Counted from the first letter of the stretch, positions 1-10,459 are shown. The stretch is 64,000 nucleotides of DNA from Rhodopila sp. (GCF_035548095.1 NZ_DASZUV010000032.1:28372-92371), one strand, 5' to 3'. Numbers and translations are program-made. Notes: generated from the letters alone by a model not told the origin.

Positions 1-2218
1 CGTCATGTACCGTCATCACCACTCCCTCCGGCATGTGGCGGGTGAATCCACCTTCCGTGCCCGGTACCAGCTTGTTGCGCAGCCGGATATTGGCGAACGT
101 GCCGCGCACCATCACCTCGTGATTGGCCCGCCGCGTGACATACGAACCGAACTCCGCCGGCGGCACGCCGTGGCCGATCAGATATTCGCCCGCCGGCGCG
201 TCCGCCGGAATCGCCCCGCCGGGAGAGATGTGGTCGGTGGTGACGTCGTCACCCAGCACCAGCAGCGCGCGAGCGCCCCGGATGTCGCCGGTCGCGGCGG
301 GCGGCGTCTCGGCGGGATCCAGGAAGGGTGGACGCTTCAGGTAAAGGCTGACCGGATCCCAGGGGAAGACCGGCGAGTCGGCCGCAGGCAGCGCTACCCA
401 CTCCGGTCCGCCATCCGCCAGGTCCCCGTAGACGGACCGGAACAGGTCGGGCGTCAGGGCCCGGGCCATGACAGCATTCACTTCCTCATCGGGCGGCCAC
501 AGGTCGCGCAGCCGAACCGGCACGCTCGCGGCGTCGACGCCCAGCACGCCATCGGCCATATCGTGCAGCACCGACCCGGCCAGCGCATACGCTACCACCA
601 GCGGCGGCGAAGCCAGATAGGCGCCGCGCACCGAAGGATGCAACCGTCCCTCGAAATTCCGGTTGGTGGAGATGACGCCGACCGCGATCAACGCCTCCGC
701 GGCGATTTGCTGCGTGATCGCATCGGGCAGCGGACCGGCGCCACCGCCGCAGGTCATGCAGCCATAACCAACGACGTGGAAGCCCACCGAGTCCAGCACC
801 TCCCGCAATCCGGCCCGCTCCAGCATCGCCGTCACGACGCGGGATCCGGGGGAGAAAGACGTCTTCACCCAGGGCTTGGCGCGCAGGCCTCGCATGGCAG
901 CGTTGCGCGCCAGTAGCCCGGCGGCGATGATCTGGAACGGATTGCTGGTATTGGTGCAGGAGGAAATGGCGGCTATGGCGATGTCGCCGTGCTGCAATTG
1001 CCGTTCGGTTTCCGTTACGTCCGGCGCCAGTGCGCTCTCCAACCCGTAGGCGGCACGGAAATTCGCGGCGACACCGGACAGCGCCACGCGGCTTTCCGGC
1101 CGCGTCGGTCCGGCGAGCGACGGCTCGACCGAACCCAAATCGAAGTCCAGCATCTCGGGAAAGGATGGATCGGCGCTGCGCCACAACAAGTTCGTCTTGG
1201 CATAGGCTTCCGCCAACGCCACCTGCTCGGCCGGCCGGCCGGACCGCGCCAGGTAACGGATCGTTTCGGCATCCCACGGGAAGAACCCCATCGTAGCGCC
1301 GTATTCGGCCGCCATGTTGGCGATAGTCGCCCGGTCCGGCAGTGACAGCGAATCCAGCCCAGGGCCGCAGAACTCGACGATCGCCGCCAGCACCCCATAA
1401 CGGCGCAGGACCTGCGTCAGGCTCAGCACAATGTCGGTACAGACGACGCCTGGCCGCCGCGCACCGATCAGGCGGCAGCCGACGACGCGCGGCACCAGTA
1501 AGCTGACCGGCTGGCCCAACATCGCCGTCGCCGCCTCGATCCCACCAACGCCCCAGCCGAACACGCCCAACCCGTTGATCATCGGCGTGTGGCTGTCCAT
1601 GCCGACCAACGAGTCCGGAAAGGCGACGCTATCGCGTGTGGCGACGACGCTGGCCAGGCATTCCAGGTTCAACTGGTGCAAGATGCCATTGCCCGGCGGG
1701 ATGACGCGCAGATTATCGAACTGACCCATCGCCCACCGCACCATCGCGTAGCGTTCGCGGTTGCGCCGCATCTCCAGCTTCATGTTCTGGACGATCGCGT
1801 CGGCCGATCCGGTGACATCGGCACGCACGGAATGGTCGATTACCAGATCGGTGGGAATGCACGGGTTGACCCGGCGCGGATCGAGCCCTTGCGCCGCCAC
1901 CGCGTCGCGCATCGCCGCCAGGTCGATCAGCAGCGGAATGCCGCTGGAATCCGGCATCAGCACCCGGGTCGGGTGGAAGGCGACCTCCCGATCCAGTGCT
2001 GCCGGGTCCGGCCAGCGCGCCAGGGCTTCCACGTCTGCCGCCGTCACCGACCGGTCGTCCTCATGGCGCAGCAGGTTCTCCAGCAACACACGCAGAGAGA
2101 AGGGCAGTCGGTCCAAGGCCACACCCAGCCGCCCCGCCAATGCCGGCAGGCTGTAATAGGCACGAGTTGCCTCACCGACGGTCAGCAATCGACGTGCGCC
2201 GAAACTGTCCCGCGTCAT
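1..2218 (-). CDS. acnA: Aconitate hydratase family (AcnA-like), C-terminus beyond the left edge
   Basis: Manual minus-strand translation (not in ORF track): MTRDSFGARR..LPFSLRVLLENLLRHED, IDHSV, GILHQLNLE, GMDSHT, AAISSCTNTSNP, GYGCMTC, NRNFEGR, TTDHISP, RRANHEVMVRGTFANIRLRN. ATG overlaps the upstream TGA (ATGA). Confidence 0.9.
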   Translation of the reverse strand, partial: MTRDSFGARRLLTVGEATRAYYSLPALAGRLGVALDRLPFSLRVLLENLLRHEDDRSVTAADVEALARWPDPAALDREVAFHPTRVLMPDSSGIPLLIDLAAMRDAVAAQGLDPRRVNPCIPTDLVIDHSVRADVTGSADAIVQNMKLEMRRNRERYAMVRWAMGQFDNLRVIPPGNGILHQLNLECLASVVATRDSVAFPDSLVGMDSHTPMINGLGVFGWGVGGIEAATAMLGQPVSLLVPRVVGCRLIGARRPGVVCTDIVLSLTQVLRRYGVLAAIVEFCGPGLDSLSLPDRATIANMAAEYGATMGFFPWDAETIRYLARSGRPAEQVALAEAYAKTNLLWRSADPSFPEMLDFDLGSVEPSLAGPTRPESRVALSGVAANFRAAYGLESALAPDVTETERQLQHGDIAIAAISSCTNTSNPFQIIAAGLLARNAAMRGLRAKPWVKTSFSPGSRVVTAMLERAGLREVLDSVGFHVVGYGCMTCGGGAGPLPDAITQQIAAEALIAVGVISTNRNFEGRLHPSVRGAYLASPPLVVAYALAGSVLHDMADGVLGVDAASVPVRLRDLWPPDEEVNAVMARALTPDLFRSVYGDLADGGPEWVALPAADSPVFPWDPVSLYLKRPPFLDPAETPPAATGDIRGARALLVLGDDVTTDHISPGGAIPADAPAGEYLIGHGVPPAEFGSYVTRRANHEVMVRGTFANIRLRNKLVPGTEGGFTRHMPEGVVMTVHD

Positions 2219-3138
2219 CGCGCGCCGCCTGGCCTCGTGCGGACGAATTTCCGTTCCAACTCCTTGATCCGCGGTAGGCCCATCAGCGTGTTCAACTCAT
2301 CGAACGGGACTAGCAGGTCCGGGCGGTCAATCACACGGTTTTCGTCGATCGACTGCGTCAGCACACCCAGTGCGTTCTTCATCCCCTGGATCGCCGCGGA
2401 GGTCAGCATGCGCGGATAGGATACCGCCTTGACCCCCATGTCCTCCAATTGCCGAGCGGAGAGCAGCGGGGTGGTCGGGCGCTGGCGAATACCGAAACCC
2501 ATGTTCACGGAAAGCGGCTTGGACACGTTACGCGCGACGGCAGCGATGTCCTCCGCCGACAGCAGCGCATCGGTGAACAGCAGGTCGGCGCCGGCCTCGG
2601 CGTACAGGTTCAGGCGGCGGATCGCCTCGCCCACACCATGGACTGCGGTCGCGTCGGTGCGGGCCTTGATCACGAACCCAGGATCGCGCCGCGCCTCGAC
2701 AGCGGCCTGGATCTTCTCCACCCCTTCCTCGGCCGAAATGACCTGCTTGCCTTCCATGTGCCCGCAGCGTTTCGGCCAGACCTGGTCCTCGATCATCAGG
2801 CAGGCGATGCCCGCACGTTCGAATCCCTGCACCGTGAAATACACATTCATCGCGTTGCCGTAGCCCGTGTCTCCATCGGCGCTGAGCGGGATCGACGTGC
2901 ACGCAGCCAGGGCCGACGAGGCGCGCAGATTTTCCTCATAGCCCATGATGCCGACATCGGCCCAACCCAGATTGGCTTCACTCAGGCCCGCGCCGGAGAT
3001 CGCGGCAGTCTTGAACCCCATCGATTCCACCAGGCGGGCACTGAAACCGTCATAGATACCAGGGCAGATCAGGATGCCGGGTTCAGCCAGCAGGTCACGC
3101 AGGCGTTGGCCCGGGGATAAAGTGGCGGAAAATGTCAT
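2215..3138 (-). CDS. Isocitrate lyase/PEP mutase superfamily lyase (methylisocitrate/dimethylmalate lyase-like)
   Basis: ADGDTGYGN, IEDQVWPKRCGH, ARTDA motifs; start placed at MTFSATLSPG. Confidence 0.88.
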   Translation of the reverse strand: MTFSATLSPGQRLRDLLAEPGILICPGIYDGFSARLVESMGFKTAAISGAGLSEANLGWADVGIMGYEENLRASSALAACTSIPLSADGDTGYGNAMNVYFTVQGFERAGIACLMIEDQVWPKRCGHMEGKQVISAEEGVEKIQAAVEARRDPGFVIKARTDATAVHGVGEAIRRLNLYAEAGADLLFTDALLSAEDIAAVARNVSKPLSVNMGFGIRQRPTTPLLSARQLEDMGVKAVSYPRMLTSAAIQGMKNALGVLTQSIDENRVIDRPDLLVPFDELNTLMGLPRIKELERKFVRTRPGGAR

Positions 3139-3281
3139 GGGGCCGGCCTTCTTGTTGCTGATGGACGTGGTCAGGAACCCATGATGCGGCGGGCTCCGGA
3201 CGCTGTCGATCCGCCGTGGCCTTCCCTCCGACACGATCCGGTGTAACCCTCCTCCGTGAAAAAGATCCCGGAGGAGCCACC

Positions 3282-4970
3282 ATGGACAACATCGCCGGCA
3301 CGATCCAGGCGCACGAAGCCATCGCCCGCGACCTGAAGGCGCTAGGCATCGACACCGTGTTCGGGCTCATGAGCGACGACACCGCCGTCTTCTGCACCGC
3401 GCTGGACGGGCTGGGCATCACCTTCCACGGTGCTCGGCACGAGAACAATGCCATAGCGATGGCCGAAGGCTATGCCTTCGCCACCGGCCGCCTGGGTGTG
3501 GCGATCATCGGACGCGGCCCAGCCACGGCGAATGGGCTGCATGCGGCGGTGGCGGCAAGCCGAATGGGGTCGAAGCTGCTGATCATCTATGGCGAGCAAG
3601 CGCAGCCGACGGGCGCCGTGAACGCGATGGGGCCGGACTACAAAGGCTTCAATGCGGTTGGCGTGCTGCAATCCGCCGGGCTGCGAACCTTCGTCGCCAC
3701 GTCGGGCGAAGCCAGCCGGTCCGCCCTGGCCGACGCCATTGTCCATGCCGAAACCGGCACCGCCTCTGCGCTGCTGCTGCCGACCAACGTGCAGCACCAG
3801 CCGATCGAGGAACCACGGACACCGCCACAGATCGTAGCCGCCGCACGCAAACCGGTAGTGCCACGGCCGCAGGCCATCGCCGCGGCCGCCGAGGTGCTGC
3901 GCAAGGCGAACAAGCCGATCATCGTCGCCGGCCGCGGCGCCTTCCTGTCCGGCGCGAAGCAGGCGATCGAGGCCTTGGCGGAGCGCACCGGCGCGCTGCT
4001 GATCACCACCGCCAAGGGCAAGGACATGTTCCGCGGTAACCCCTACAACCTCGGCATCCTCGGCTCCTTCTCCCATTCCATGGCACGTCGCATGGTCGAT
4101 CAGGCGGATTGCGCCGTGGTCTTCGGCGCCGGTCTGAATTTCCTGACCATGAGCTTCGGTCAGTCGCTGCCGCCGGTACCACTGATCCAAGTGGATTCTA
4201 GTCGGGCGAATATCGGCCGCTATACCGGTGCGGATATCGCCGTTGTCGGGGATGCGAAGCTCGCCGCCGAAGGCATCCTGGCTGCGCTACCGACCGGCTC
4301 CAACGCCGAGAAACCGTTCCGATCGGAACAGATCCGGCAGATGCTGGCCGCCTATGACATCGGCAAGGACTTCCAACCGGCGAATACTCCGCGCACGGTG
4401 GATATGCGCAGTCTGGGATCAGCGCTGAACGCGCTGCTACCCGAACAGAAGAACATCGTGTATGATGCTGGGAATTTCCTTGGCGTGCTGCCCTATCTAT
4501 CGGTTCCCGGCCCGGGTCATTTCAAGATGACCAGCGAATTCGCCTCCATCGGCCTGGGCTTCGGCACCGCGCTGGGCGTCGCCACCGGGCGCCCCGACAT
4601 CCCGACGATCCTGGTCATCGGCGATGGCGGCTTCCTGATGACGCTGGGCGAGCTCGAAACGGTGGTGCGGGAGGACATCCCGCTGATCATCCTCGTGATG
4701 AATGACTGCGCCTATGGCGCGGAACTGCATTTCCTGCGCATGCGTAACCTGCCGGAGCAAAAATCGGTGTTCCCTGACGTCGATTTCGCCCCCGTCGCCG
4801 CCGCCTTCGGATTCGAGTCGCGGACGATCCGCACGCTGGACGATCTGCAAGCGGCCGCGCCGCTGCTGCAGGCGCCATCCGGGCCGGTGCTCTTGGACTG
4901 CAAGCTGAACGCCGACGTCGCCGCACCGTTCATGAGCGAATTCTACGCTTTCGAAACGGGTCAGCACTGA
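3282..4970 (+). CDS. Thiamine pyrophosphate-binding enzyme (acetolactate synthase-like family)
   Basis: RHENNA (catalytic Glu) and ThDP motif GDGGFLM..N; GGAGG SD before MDNIAG. Confidence 0.88.
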   Translation: MDNIAGTIQAHEAIARDLKALGIDTVFGLMSDDTAVFCTALDGLGITFHGARHENNAIAMAEGYAFATGRLGVAIIGRGPATANGLHAAVAASRMGSKLLIIYGEQAQPTGAVNAMGPDYKGFNAVGVLQSAGLRTFVATSGEASRSALADAIVHAETGTASALLLPTNVQHQPIEEPRTPPQIVAAARKPVVPRPQAIAAAAEVLRKANKPIIVAGRGAFLSGAKQAIEALAERTGALLITTAKGKDMFRGNPYNLGILGSFSHSMARRMVDQADCAVVFGAGLNFLTMSFGQSLPPVPLIQVDSSRANIGRYTGADIAVVGDAKLAAEGILAALPTGSNAEKPFRSEQIRQMLAAYDIGKDFQPANTPRTVDMRSLGSALNALLPEQKNIVYDAGNFLGVLPYLSVPGPGHFKMTSEFASIGLGFGTALGVATGRPDIPTILVIGDGGFLMTLGELETVVREDIPLIILVMNDCAYGAELHFLRMRNLPEQKSVFPDVDFAPVAAAFGFESRTIRTLDDLQAAAPLLQAPSGPVLLDCKLNADVAAPFMSEFYAFETGQH

Positions 4971-5247
4971 CCACCTTCGCGGGTCCAGCGTCCTGTGCCA
5001 CTCAGAGGAATTGTTTTGGCAGATCGCTATTTCCGCTCTATGAATCGTTGAGGCGCCGGAACGCCGTCTGCCGCAACGTCGGATGCTGCGGCGCGCCACG
5101 CCGTCCGAATAATCGCGGCGTTCAGGTGCGGAATTCTGGCGATCTCCGGCCCGGGCTGCCTGCTATCAGCCACCGCGACAGGATCGCCTGGCTCGGGGGA
5201 CCATGTCCATGCGGCGACCGACCGCGATACCGGAACGTTAGACCGCG

Positions 5248-8013
5248 ATGCCCAAACAGCCAGCGGACCGACGGATAGCCCAGCCAATGCTTGGCCCGGT
5301 CACCGCCGGCCTGATCTGCAGCACGGCTCTGATCTGGATCGGGATCGGCTGGCTTTTCTTCATCGAGGGACCCGATGGCCCACCTGCCCGGACCCTGCAG
5401 AGCCTGATCGGGCGCGGCGGGTTGATCATGGCCGCCGGAATCCAGACCTTTTGCACCATCGGTTTGCTGGCGATCCAGGGCAGCTGGAAGTCTGCGCGCC
5501 ACGCCGCAGCTCTGGCGGACCAAGAACACACTCTGCTGAAAGCCGTGCTATCCGTCATTCCCGCCAGCGTGCAGGTCAAGGATGCGTCGCTGCGGTTTGT
5601 CTGGATGAATGACACTCATCTGCGAACCGTCCCATTCTCGGCTGCCGACCTGCTAGGGCGGACGATCGCTGAGCTGGACCTGCACCCGATCCTGGTGCGG
5701 CAGGTGATGGATGACGATCAGCAGGTTCTGCGAACCGGGTTGCCGGTGGGTCCCGTTCAGCAGACCGTGCCTGATCGCTTCGGCGGACAACCGCAAAATG
5801 CCTCGGTCTTCAAGACCCCGATCCTGCGTGACGGACAGGTGACCCATATCGTCACCTTCGCGGTCGAAATGCGCGCCTCCTGGGAAGCGCGGCTGCACCC
5901 CATACGCGGCCAACCGGAACGCGACGTGCTTGTCCTGAAGGTGCCGATCCACAGCAGCGCTGGCAGCATCGGGGCAAGTCTCACCGTCGGCACCGACGTC
6001 ACCACCCTGGAACGCGCGGAGGTCGAGGCAGACAAAGCCAACCGCCTGATCGAGGAGATCCTGCGGCACGTTCCGCTGAGCATTCACGTGAAGGACCGCG
6101 ACGGCCGCTATCGCTGGGCCAACCGCATGTTCGGTCAGTCGCTGGGTCTGGAGGTGAATGACATACTGGAGAAAACCGTCCATGACCTGGCGGTGCCCCC
6201 CTTCGCCAAGGATCGGACCGCGGAGCAGGATCGGGCCGTGCTGACCACCTGCCGCACCATCAGATTCACAGAGCACTGGATCAGGAACGGTGTGCCCACC
6301 CAGATGATGGTCATCAAGGCGCCGATGCTGGACGACAGCGGTGCTGTCACGCAGATCATCACGATCGGTGCCGATGTTTCGGAAATTTATCGTTTGCGTG
6401 CGGAAGCCGATGAGGCACGGCGGCGCCTGCAGCAGATCGTGGATGTCGTGCCGGTCATGATCGTCTTGAAGGACCGGGATCGCCGCTACCGCTGGGTCAA
6501 CCGCGAGGTCGAACGAGTCATAGGCTCCATGTCGGCCGCGCGGCTGATCGGCCGCCGCGCCGAAGATGTCTTCACCCCGAGCACCATGACCGAGGATATT
6601 CTTAAGGCCGATGAGTCCGTGCTGCGCACCGGCCAGGATGTCGTCAGCCTGTCGCAGCAATTCCCCGACGCGCAGAACCGCATGCGCGACTATAGCGTCC
6701 GCCGGGTCGCCTTGCGCGGCCCCGAAGGCACTATCGACGGTGTGCTGACCGTCGGAGTGGACATCACGGAACTGCAACGCGCGGCCCAGGCTCTGCAGCA
6801 GGTGAATGTGAACCTGGAGGAGCGGGCGGAAGCCCGAGCGCGGGAGCTGGCCAGGGCTAACGACCTGGTCGCCGCCGTGCTGGAATGTGCCCCGGTGCCC
6901 GTCATGACGATGGGTCCGGATGGCTGCGTCACCGGCTGGAACCCGGCGGCGGAGCGGATCACGGGTTTCTCGGCCGCCGAGGTCATGGGACGTCGGCCGC
7001 TGCTCTCGACAGCGGACCGCGACGACCTGGCCCAGGCCCTGCACCTTGTCCTGCGCGGCAAGACCGTAACCAACAAGGACATGCGGCAGCAACGCAAGGA
7101 TGGCAGCGAGATCGAGTTGATGGTGTCCGCGGCGCCGTTGCGCAACGCGGACGGCGCCGTTGAGGGTGTCGTCGTCATCGGCCTGGACGTGACCGAACTG
7201 CGCGCCACCGCCAGGCAGTTGCAGCAGGCTCAAAAGATGGAGGCAGTCGGCCAACTGACCGGCGGTATCGCCCATGAATTCAATAATCTGCTGGCGGTGA
7301 TCATGGGCGCGCTGGACCTGCTGCGGCTGGACCTGCCGGCCGACAGCAACGCCGACGCTCTGGTGGGCCAGGCAATCGCGGCGGTGGAACGCGGCGCCAA
7401 CCTGACCACCCGGCTGCTGGCCTTCGCGCGACGCCAGGCCTTGCGGCCGTCATGCACGCGGGTGGACCGGCTGGTGCGGGAACTGATGCCGACCCTGCGT
7501 ACTCTGGTAGGCGAAACGATTACAGTGCGCGAGCTTCCGACGGGTGCCGTCTGGCCCACTCTGGTGGATCGCCACCAACTGACCAGCGCCATCGTAAACG
7601 TTGTCGCCAATGCACGGGACGCGATGCCCAAAGGCGGCCTGCTGACGCTGGAAACCTGCAATGCCATGCTGGATGCGACCGACGTCGCGGGCTGGCCGGA
7701 TGCCACGCCAGGTGAATTCGTTACCATCCGCATAACCGACACCGGTCACGGGATCGAGCCAGAGACGCAGGCCCGGGTGTTTGAGCCGTTCTTCACGACC
7801 CGGGCGATCGGCCACGGCAGCGGGCTGGGCTTGAGCATGGTATTGGGATTCGTCAAGCAGTCCGGTGGCCATGTCCGCCTGAGCAGCACGCCCGGCCTCG
7901 GCACGACGGTCGTGCTGTACCTGCCCCGATTGGTTGCCGAGACGGCTGCCAGGCCCGATCTGGTGTCGCCAGATGCCGGTCTCGCCGCCACCGGAAACTC
8001 GGGTCCGACCTGA
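5248..8013 (+). CDS. Membrane-anchored multi-PAS sensor histidine kinase, no receiver domain
   Basis: Two N-terminal hydrophobic segments, about 4 PAS/PAC repeats, H-box GGIAHEFNNLL, N-box NVVANARDAM, DTGHG, FEPFFTT, GSGLGLS. Confidence 0.9.
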   Translation: MPKQPADRRIAQPMLGPVTAGLICSTALIWIGIGWLFFIEGPDGPPARTLQSLIGRGGLIMAAGIQTFCTIGLLAIQGSWKSARHAAALADQEHTLLKAVLSVIPASVQVKDASLRFVWMNDTHLRTVPFSAADLLGRTIAELDLHPILVRQVMDDDQQVLRTGLPVGPVQQTVPDRFGGQPQNASVFKTPILRDGQVTHIVTFAVEMRASWEARLHPIRGQPERDVLVLKVPIHSSAGSIGASLTVGTDVTTLERAEVEADKANRLIEEILRHVPLSIHVKDRDGRYRWANRMFGQSLGLEVNDILEKTVHDLAVPPFAKDRTAEQDRAVLTTCRTIRFTEHWIRNGVPTQMMVIKAPMLDDSGAVTQIITIGADVSEIYRLRAEADEARRRLQQIVDVVPVMIVLKDRDRRYRWVNREVERVIGSMSAARLIGRRAEDVFTPSTMTEDILKADESVLRTGQDVVSLSQQFPDAQNRMRDYSVRRVALRGPEGTIDGVLTVGVDITELQRAAQALQQVNVNLEERAEARARELARANDLVAAVLECAPVPVMTMGPDGCVTGWNPAAERITGFSAAEVMGRRPLLSTADRDDLAQALHLVLRGKTVTNKDMRQQRKDGSEIELMVSAAPLRNADGAVEGVVVIGLDVTELRATARQLQQAQKMEAVGQLTGGIAHEFNNLLAVIMGALDLLRLDLPADSNADALVGQAIAAVERGANLTTRLLAFARRQALRPSCTRVDRLVRELMPTLRTLVGETITVRELPTGAVWPTLVDRHQLTSAIVNVVANARDAMPKGGLLTLETCNAMLDATDVAGWPDATPGEFVTIRITDTGHGIEPETQARVFEPFFTTRAIGHGSGLGLSMVLGFVKQSGGHVRLSSTPGLGTTVVLYLPRLVAETAARPDLVSPDAGLAATGNSGPT

Positions 8014-8043
8014 ACCAGCGATCGGAGGATACACTGTATCGTC

Positions 8044-8093
8044 CAATCAAAGGGTCGGCATGACAGGGTCAGGTTGACCCCTGTCATGCTTCA
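8044..8093 (-). repeat. MITE/REP-like element, partial copy (hairpin half)
   Basis: GCATGACAGGGTCAGGTTGACCCCTGTCATGCTTCAG matches copies at 53.3 kb and 58.3 kb. Confidence 0.75.
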
Positions 8094-8157
8094 GCCGCCA
8101 GCAACTCACCGATAACCGGGGGAAACAGCCCCGGGGCCGGTCATTCGACCCCACACC

Positions 8158-9369
8158 CTATGCCGCGCCGCGGATTGCCTTGCCGGATTCCAGGCGGTCG
8201 ATTTCTCCTGCGGAGTAGCCCACTTCCCGCAGAATCTCCCGCGTGTGCTCGCCCAGTTTCGGCGGCATCCGGCGGATGCTGGCTGGACTGGCGGAAAACC
8301 GGGCCGGGGGACGAGCCTGGCGGATCCTGCCTTCGGTCGGATGATCGAACTCCTGGAACAGGCCAACTGCTTTCAGGTGCGGCTGCTCGGTGATCTCGCT
8401 GAGCTTGGCGAAGGCAGTGTGTGGGACGTCGATCTTCAGCAGCAATTCTTCCCACTCGGCGGTGGTACGGGAGGGCGCTATTTCTCGCATACGATCGTAG
8501 ATACGATCGATATTCTGCGCTCGGGCAACGGGGTCGCGGACCTGAAATTCCTCGATGCATTCCGGCCGGCCGACCGCTTCGAAGAAGGCGCACCAATTCT
8601 CCCCCGAATAGGGCAGCATGGTGAGCCAACCGTCCTTCGTGCGCACCGGCTTGCGCGCCTTCATGCGTTTGTAGCCGGACGGCCCAATCGACGGGACAAA
8701 GGCAAGGCCACCGAACATCTCGATGCTGTTGAACGCGGCCAGCGTTTCCAGCATCGGCACTTCCACCATCTGGCCCTGGCCGGTACGCTCGCGATGCAGC
8801 AGGGCCGCGGTGACGGCCGAAGTCAGCGCCATGCCGCACAGCTTGTCACCGATCAGGCTGGGGACGAAGGCCGGCTCCTCATCGGTGCCCATGGCGGAGG
8901 CAAAGCCGGACGCCGCCTGAATGATCTCATCGAAAGCCGGTCGAGCACGCCACGGCCCGTCCTGACCGAAGCCGGTGGCGACGGCATAAATCAGCTTCGG
9001 GTTCAGGTCCTGACAGGCCTCATAACTAAAGCCCAGGCGAGCGAGGCCCGCCGGGCGGATATTACTGACCAGCGCATCGGCGGTGGTGATCAGTCGCCGC
9101 AGAATCTCTTTCCCGGCTGCCTGCTTCAGGTCGATCGCGATGCTCCGCTTGTTGCGGTTCACTGCCATGAACTGGCCACTCATGCCGCGGTTGCGGAACT
9201 GGCCCGAGGTGCGCCAGGTATCGCCGGTGAGGCTCTCGATCTTGATGATCTCGGCGCCCCAATCACCGAGGGTCTGAGTGCCGTACGGACCGAACAATAC
9301 CGTAGTCAGATCGAGAATGCGAAAGCCTGTGAGCGGCCCAGTGGGGTTGCCGCCAGCGGGTTCGGTCAT
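8158..9369 (-). CDS. CoA-transferase family III (CaiB/BaiF)
   Basis: GPLTGFRILDLTT, GAEIIKIE, NRNKRSIAIDLK, RPAFDEIIQA. Confidence 0.92.
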   Translation of the reverse strand: MTEPAGGNPTGPLTGFRILDLTTVLFGPYGTQTLGDWGAEIIKIESLTGDTWRTSGQFRNRGMSGQFMAVNRNKRSIAIDLKQAAGKEILRRLITTADALVSNIRPAGLARLGFSYEACQDLNPKLIYAVATGFGQDGPWRARPAFDEIIQAASGFASAMGTDEEPAFVPSLIGDKLCGMALTSAVTAALLHRERTGQGQMVEVPMLETLAAFNSIEMFGGLAFVPSIGPSGYKRMKARKPVRTKDGWLTMLPYSGENWCAFFEAVGRPECIEEFQVRDPVARAQNIDRIYDRMREIAPSRTTAEWEELLLKIDVPHTAFAKLSEITEQPHLKAVGLFQEFDHPTEGRIRQARPPARFSASPASIRRMPPKLGEHTREILREVGYSAGEIDRLESGKAIRGAA

Positions 9370-9553
9370 GTGCGACGAATCCTTGTTGTGCCTCTGAAGG
9401 CTGGCGAGTCTAGGACAGAGTCTTCCGCGCGGCCACAGGGCGAGAACCACAGGGTGAGACCCATGGGGCGAGAACCGATAGGACAGGGCCCAGCGGGACA
9501 AGGGTTCAAGGGGCGCGGCTATGGACCGGCTGGCAGCCTGATCCCGCCGCCGG

Positions 9554-10375
9554 CTATCCGCGATCCTTGCTCAGATGCGCCAGCAGCGCGACCGCTCCTG
9601 GCGTATTGCCGCGCGCCTGCCGAAGCAGGGCCTCACCGCCCACAGCGTAGACCGCGACCGCAGACAGCAGGTCGCGCAGCCGGTCCGGTGCATGAGCATC
9701 GAACGGCACCACACAACCGCCAGTCCGCTTTGCCAAGTCATAGAATGTTTCGGTATCGCGCCGAGCGGCGGGATCGGCCGTATCGTGCAGGACGATCAGA
9801 CGCGTCCGCCGCACAGCTATCGCGTCCGCCAGCGCGCGGCCGGCGGCCAGATCCTCCTCGAACACATCGCCAATATAGACCACGACGCGGATGCCTGGAT
9901 GCTTGATCGCTGTCGCCAGGATCGGCAGCAGCCGGGTCGCGCCAGCGACGCACTCCACCGACGCGGCCCGGTCGCGTAGCGTGTTGGCGTCATCGGTGAA
10001 TTCGGTGAAAGTATGCACGCGGGAGCCGCCGTGTACCGCAAGGGCCACATCCAACCCGCCCGGCATCGTCTCTACCAGCGCGTCCGTCACCCGCCGCGCG
10101 GCGTTCCATGCCGGCTCCCGCGACGCCGTGGCATCGACCGCGAGGACCAGCCGCGGGCGGCGCGGCGGAGCAGCCAGCATCGGCGGCTCCGCGTGGCCCA
10201 GCGCCGCGGCCAGCGCCGCTCCGCCGGACGCCGCCACCGCGACTGCGTTGCTCGCCAGACCCCGCAGCCGCGCCAGCAGGCCGCCGGACCGGGTCGGGGT
10301 TGTTTGAGACGATTCGGCAACGACAGGCGGCGGCGCATCATCGGGCACCAGGACGAAATTCGGCTTTTCGGTCAT
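9554..10375 (-). CDS. vWA-domain protein
   Basis: MIDAS-like LVLAVDATAS and YIGDVFEE. Confidence 0.7.
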   Translation of the reverse strand: MTEKPNFVLVPDDAPPPVVAESSQTTPTRSGGLLARLRGLASNAVAVAASGGAALAAALGHAEPPMLAAPPRRPRLVLAVDATASREPAWNAARRVTDALVETMPGGLDVALAVHGGSRVHTFTEFTDDANTLRDRAASVECVAGATRLLPILATAIKHPGIRVVVYIGDVFEEDLAAGRALADAIAVRRTRLIVLHDTADPAARRDTETFYDLAKRTGGCVVPFDAHAPDRLRDLLSAVAVYAVGGEALLRQARGNTPGAVALLAHLSKDRG

Positions 10376-10459
10376 CCGCAGCCTCCCGTTCCAGCCTGCA
10401 TGGACGCGCCTGTCGGCGCTACCCCCTATAGCACGGCGGTGCCAGCGGCGGGCCGGCGG

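Noticed and set aside
5-916. 303-aa plus-strand ORF and neighbouring ORFs up to 2419
   Set aside because: They are antisense or off-frame shadows of the minus-strand aconitase.
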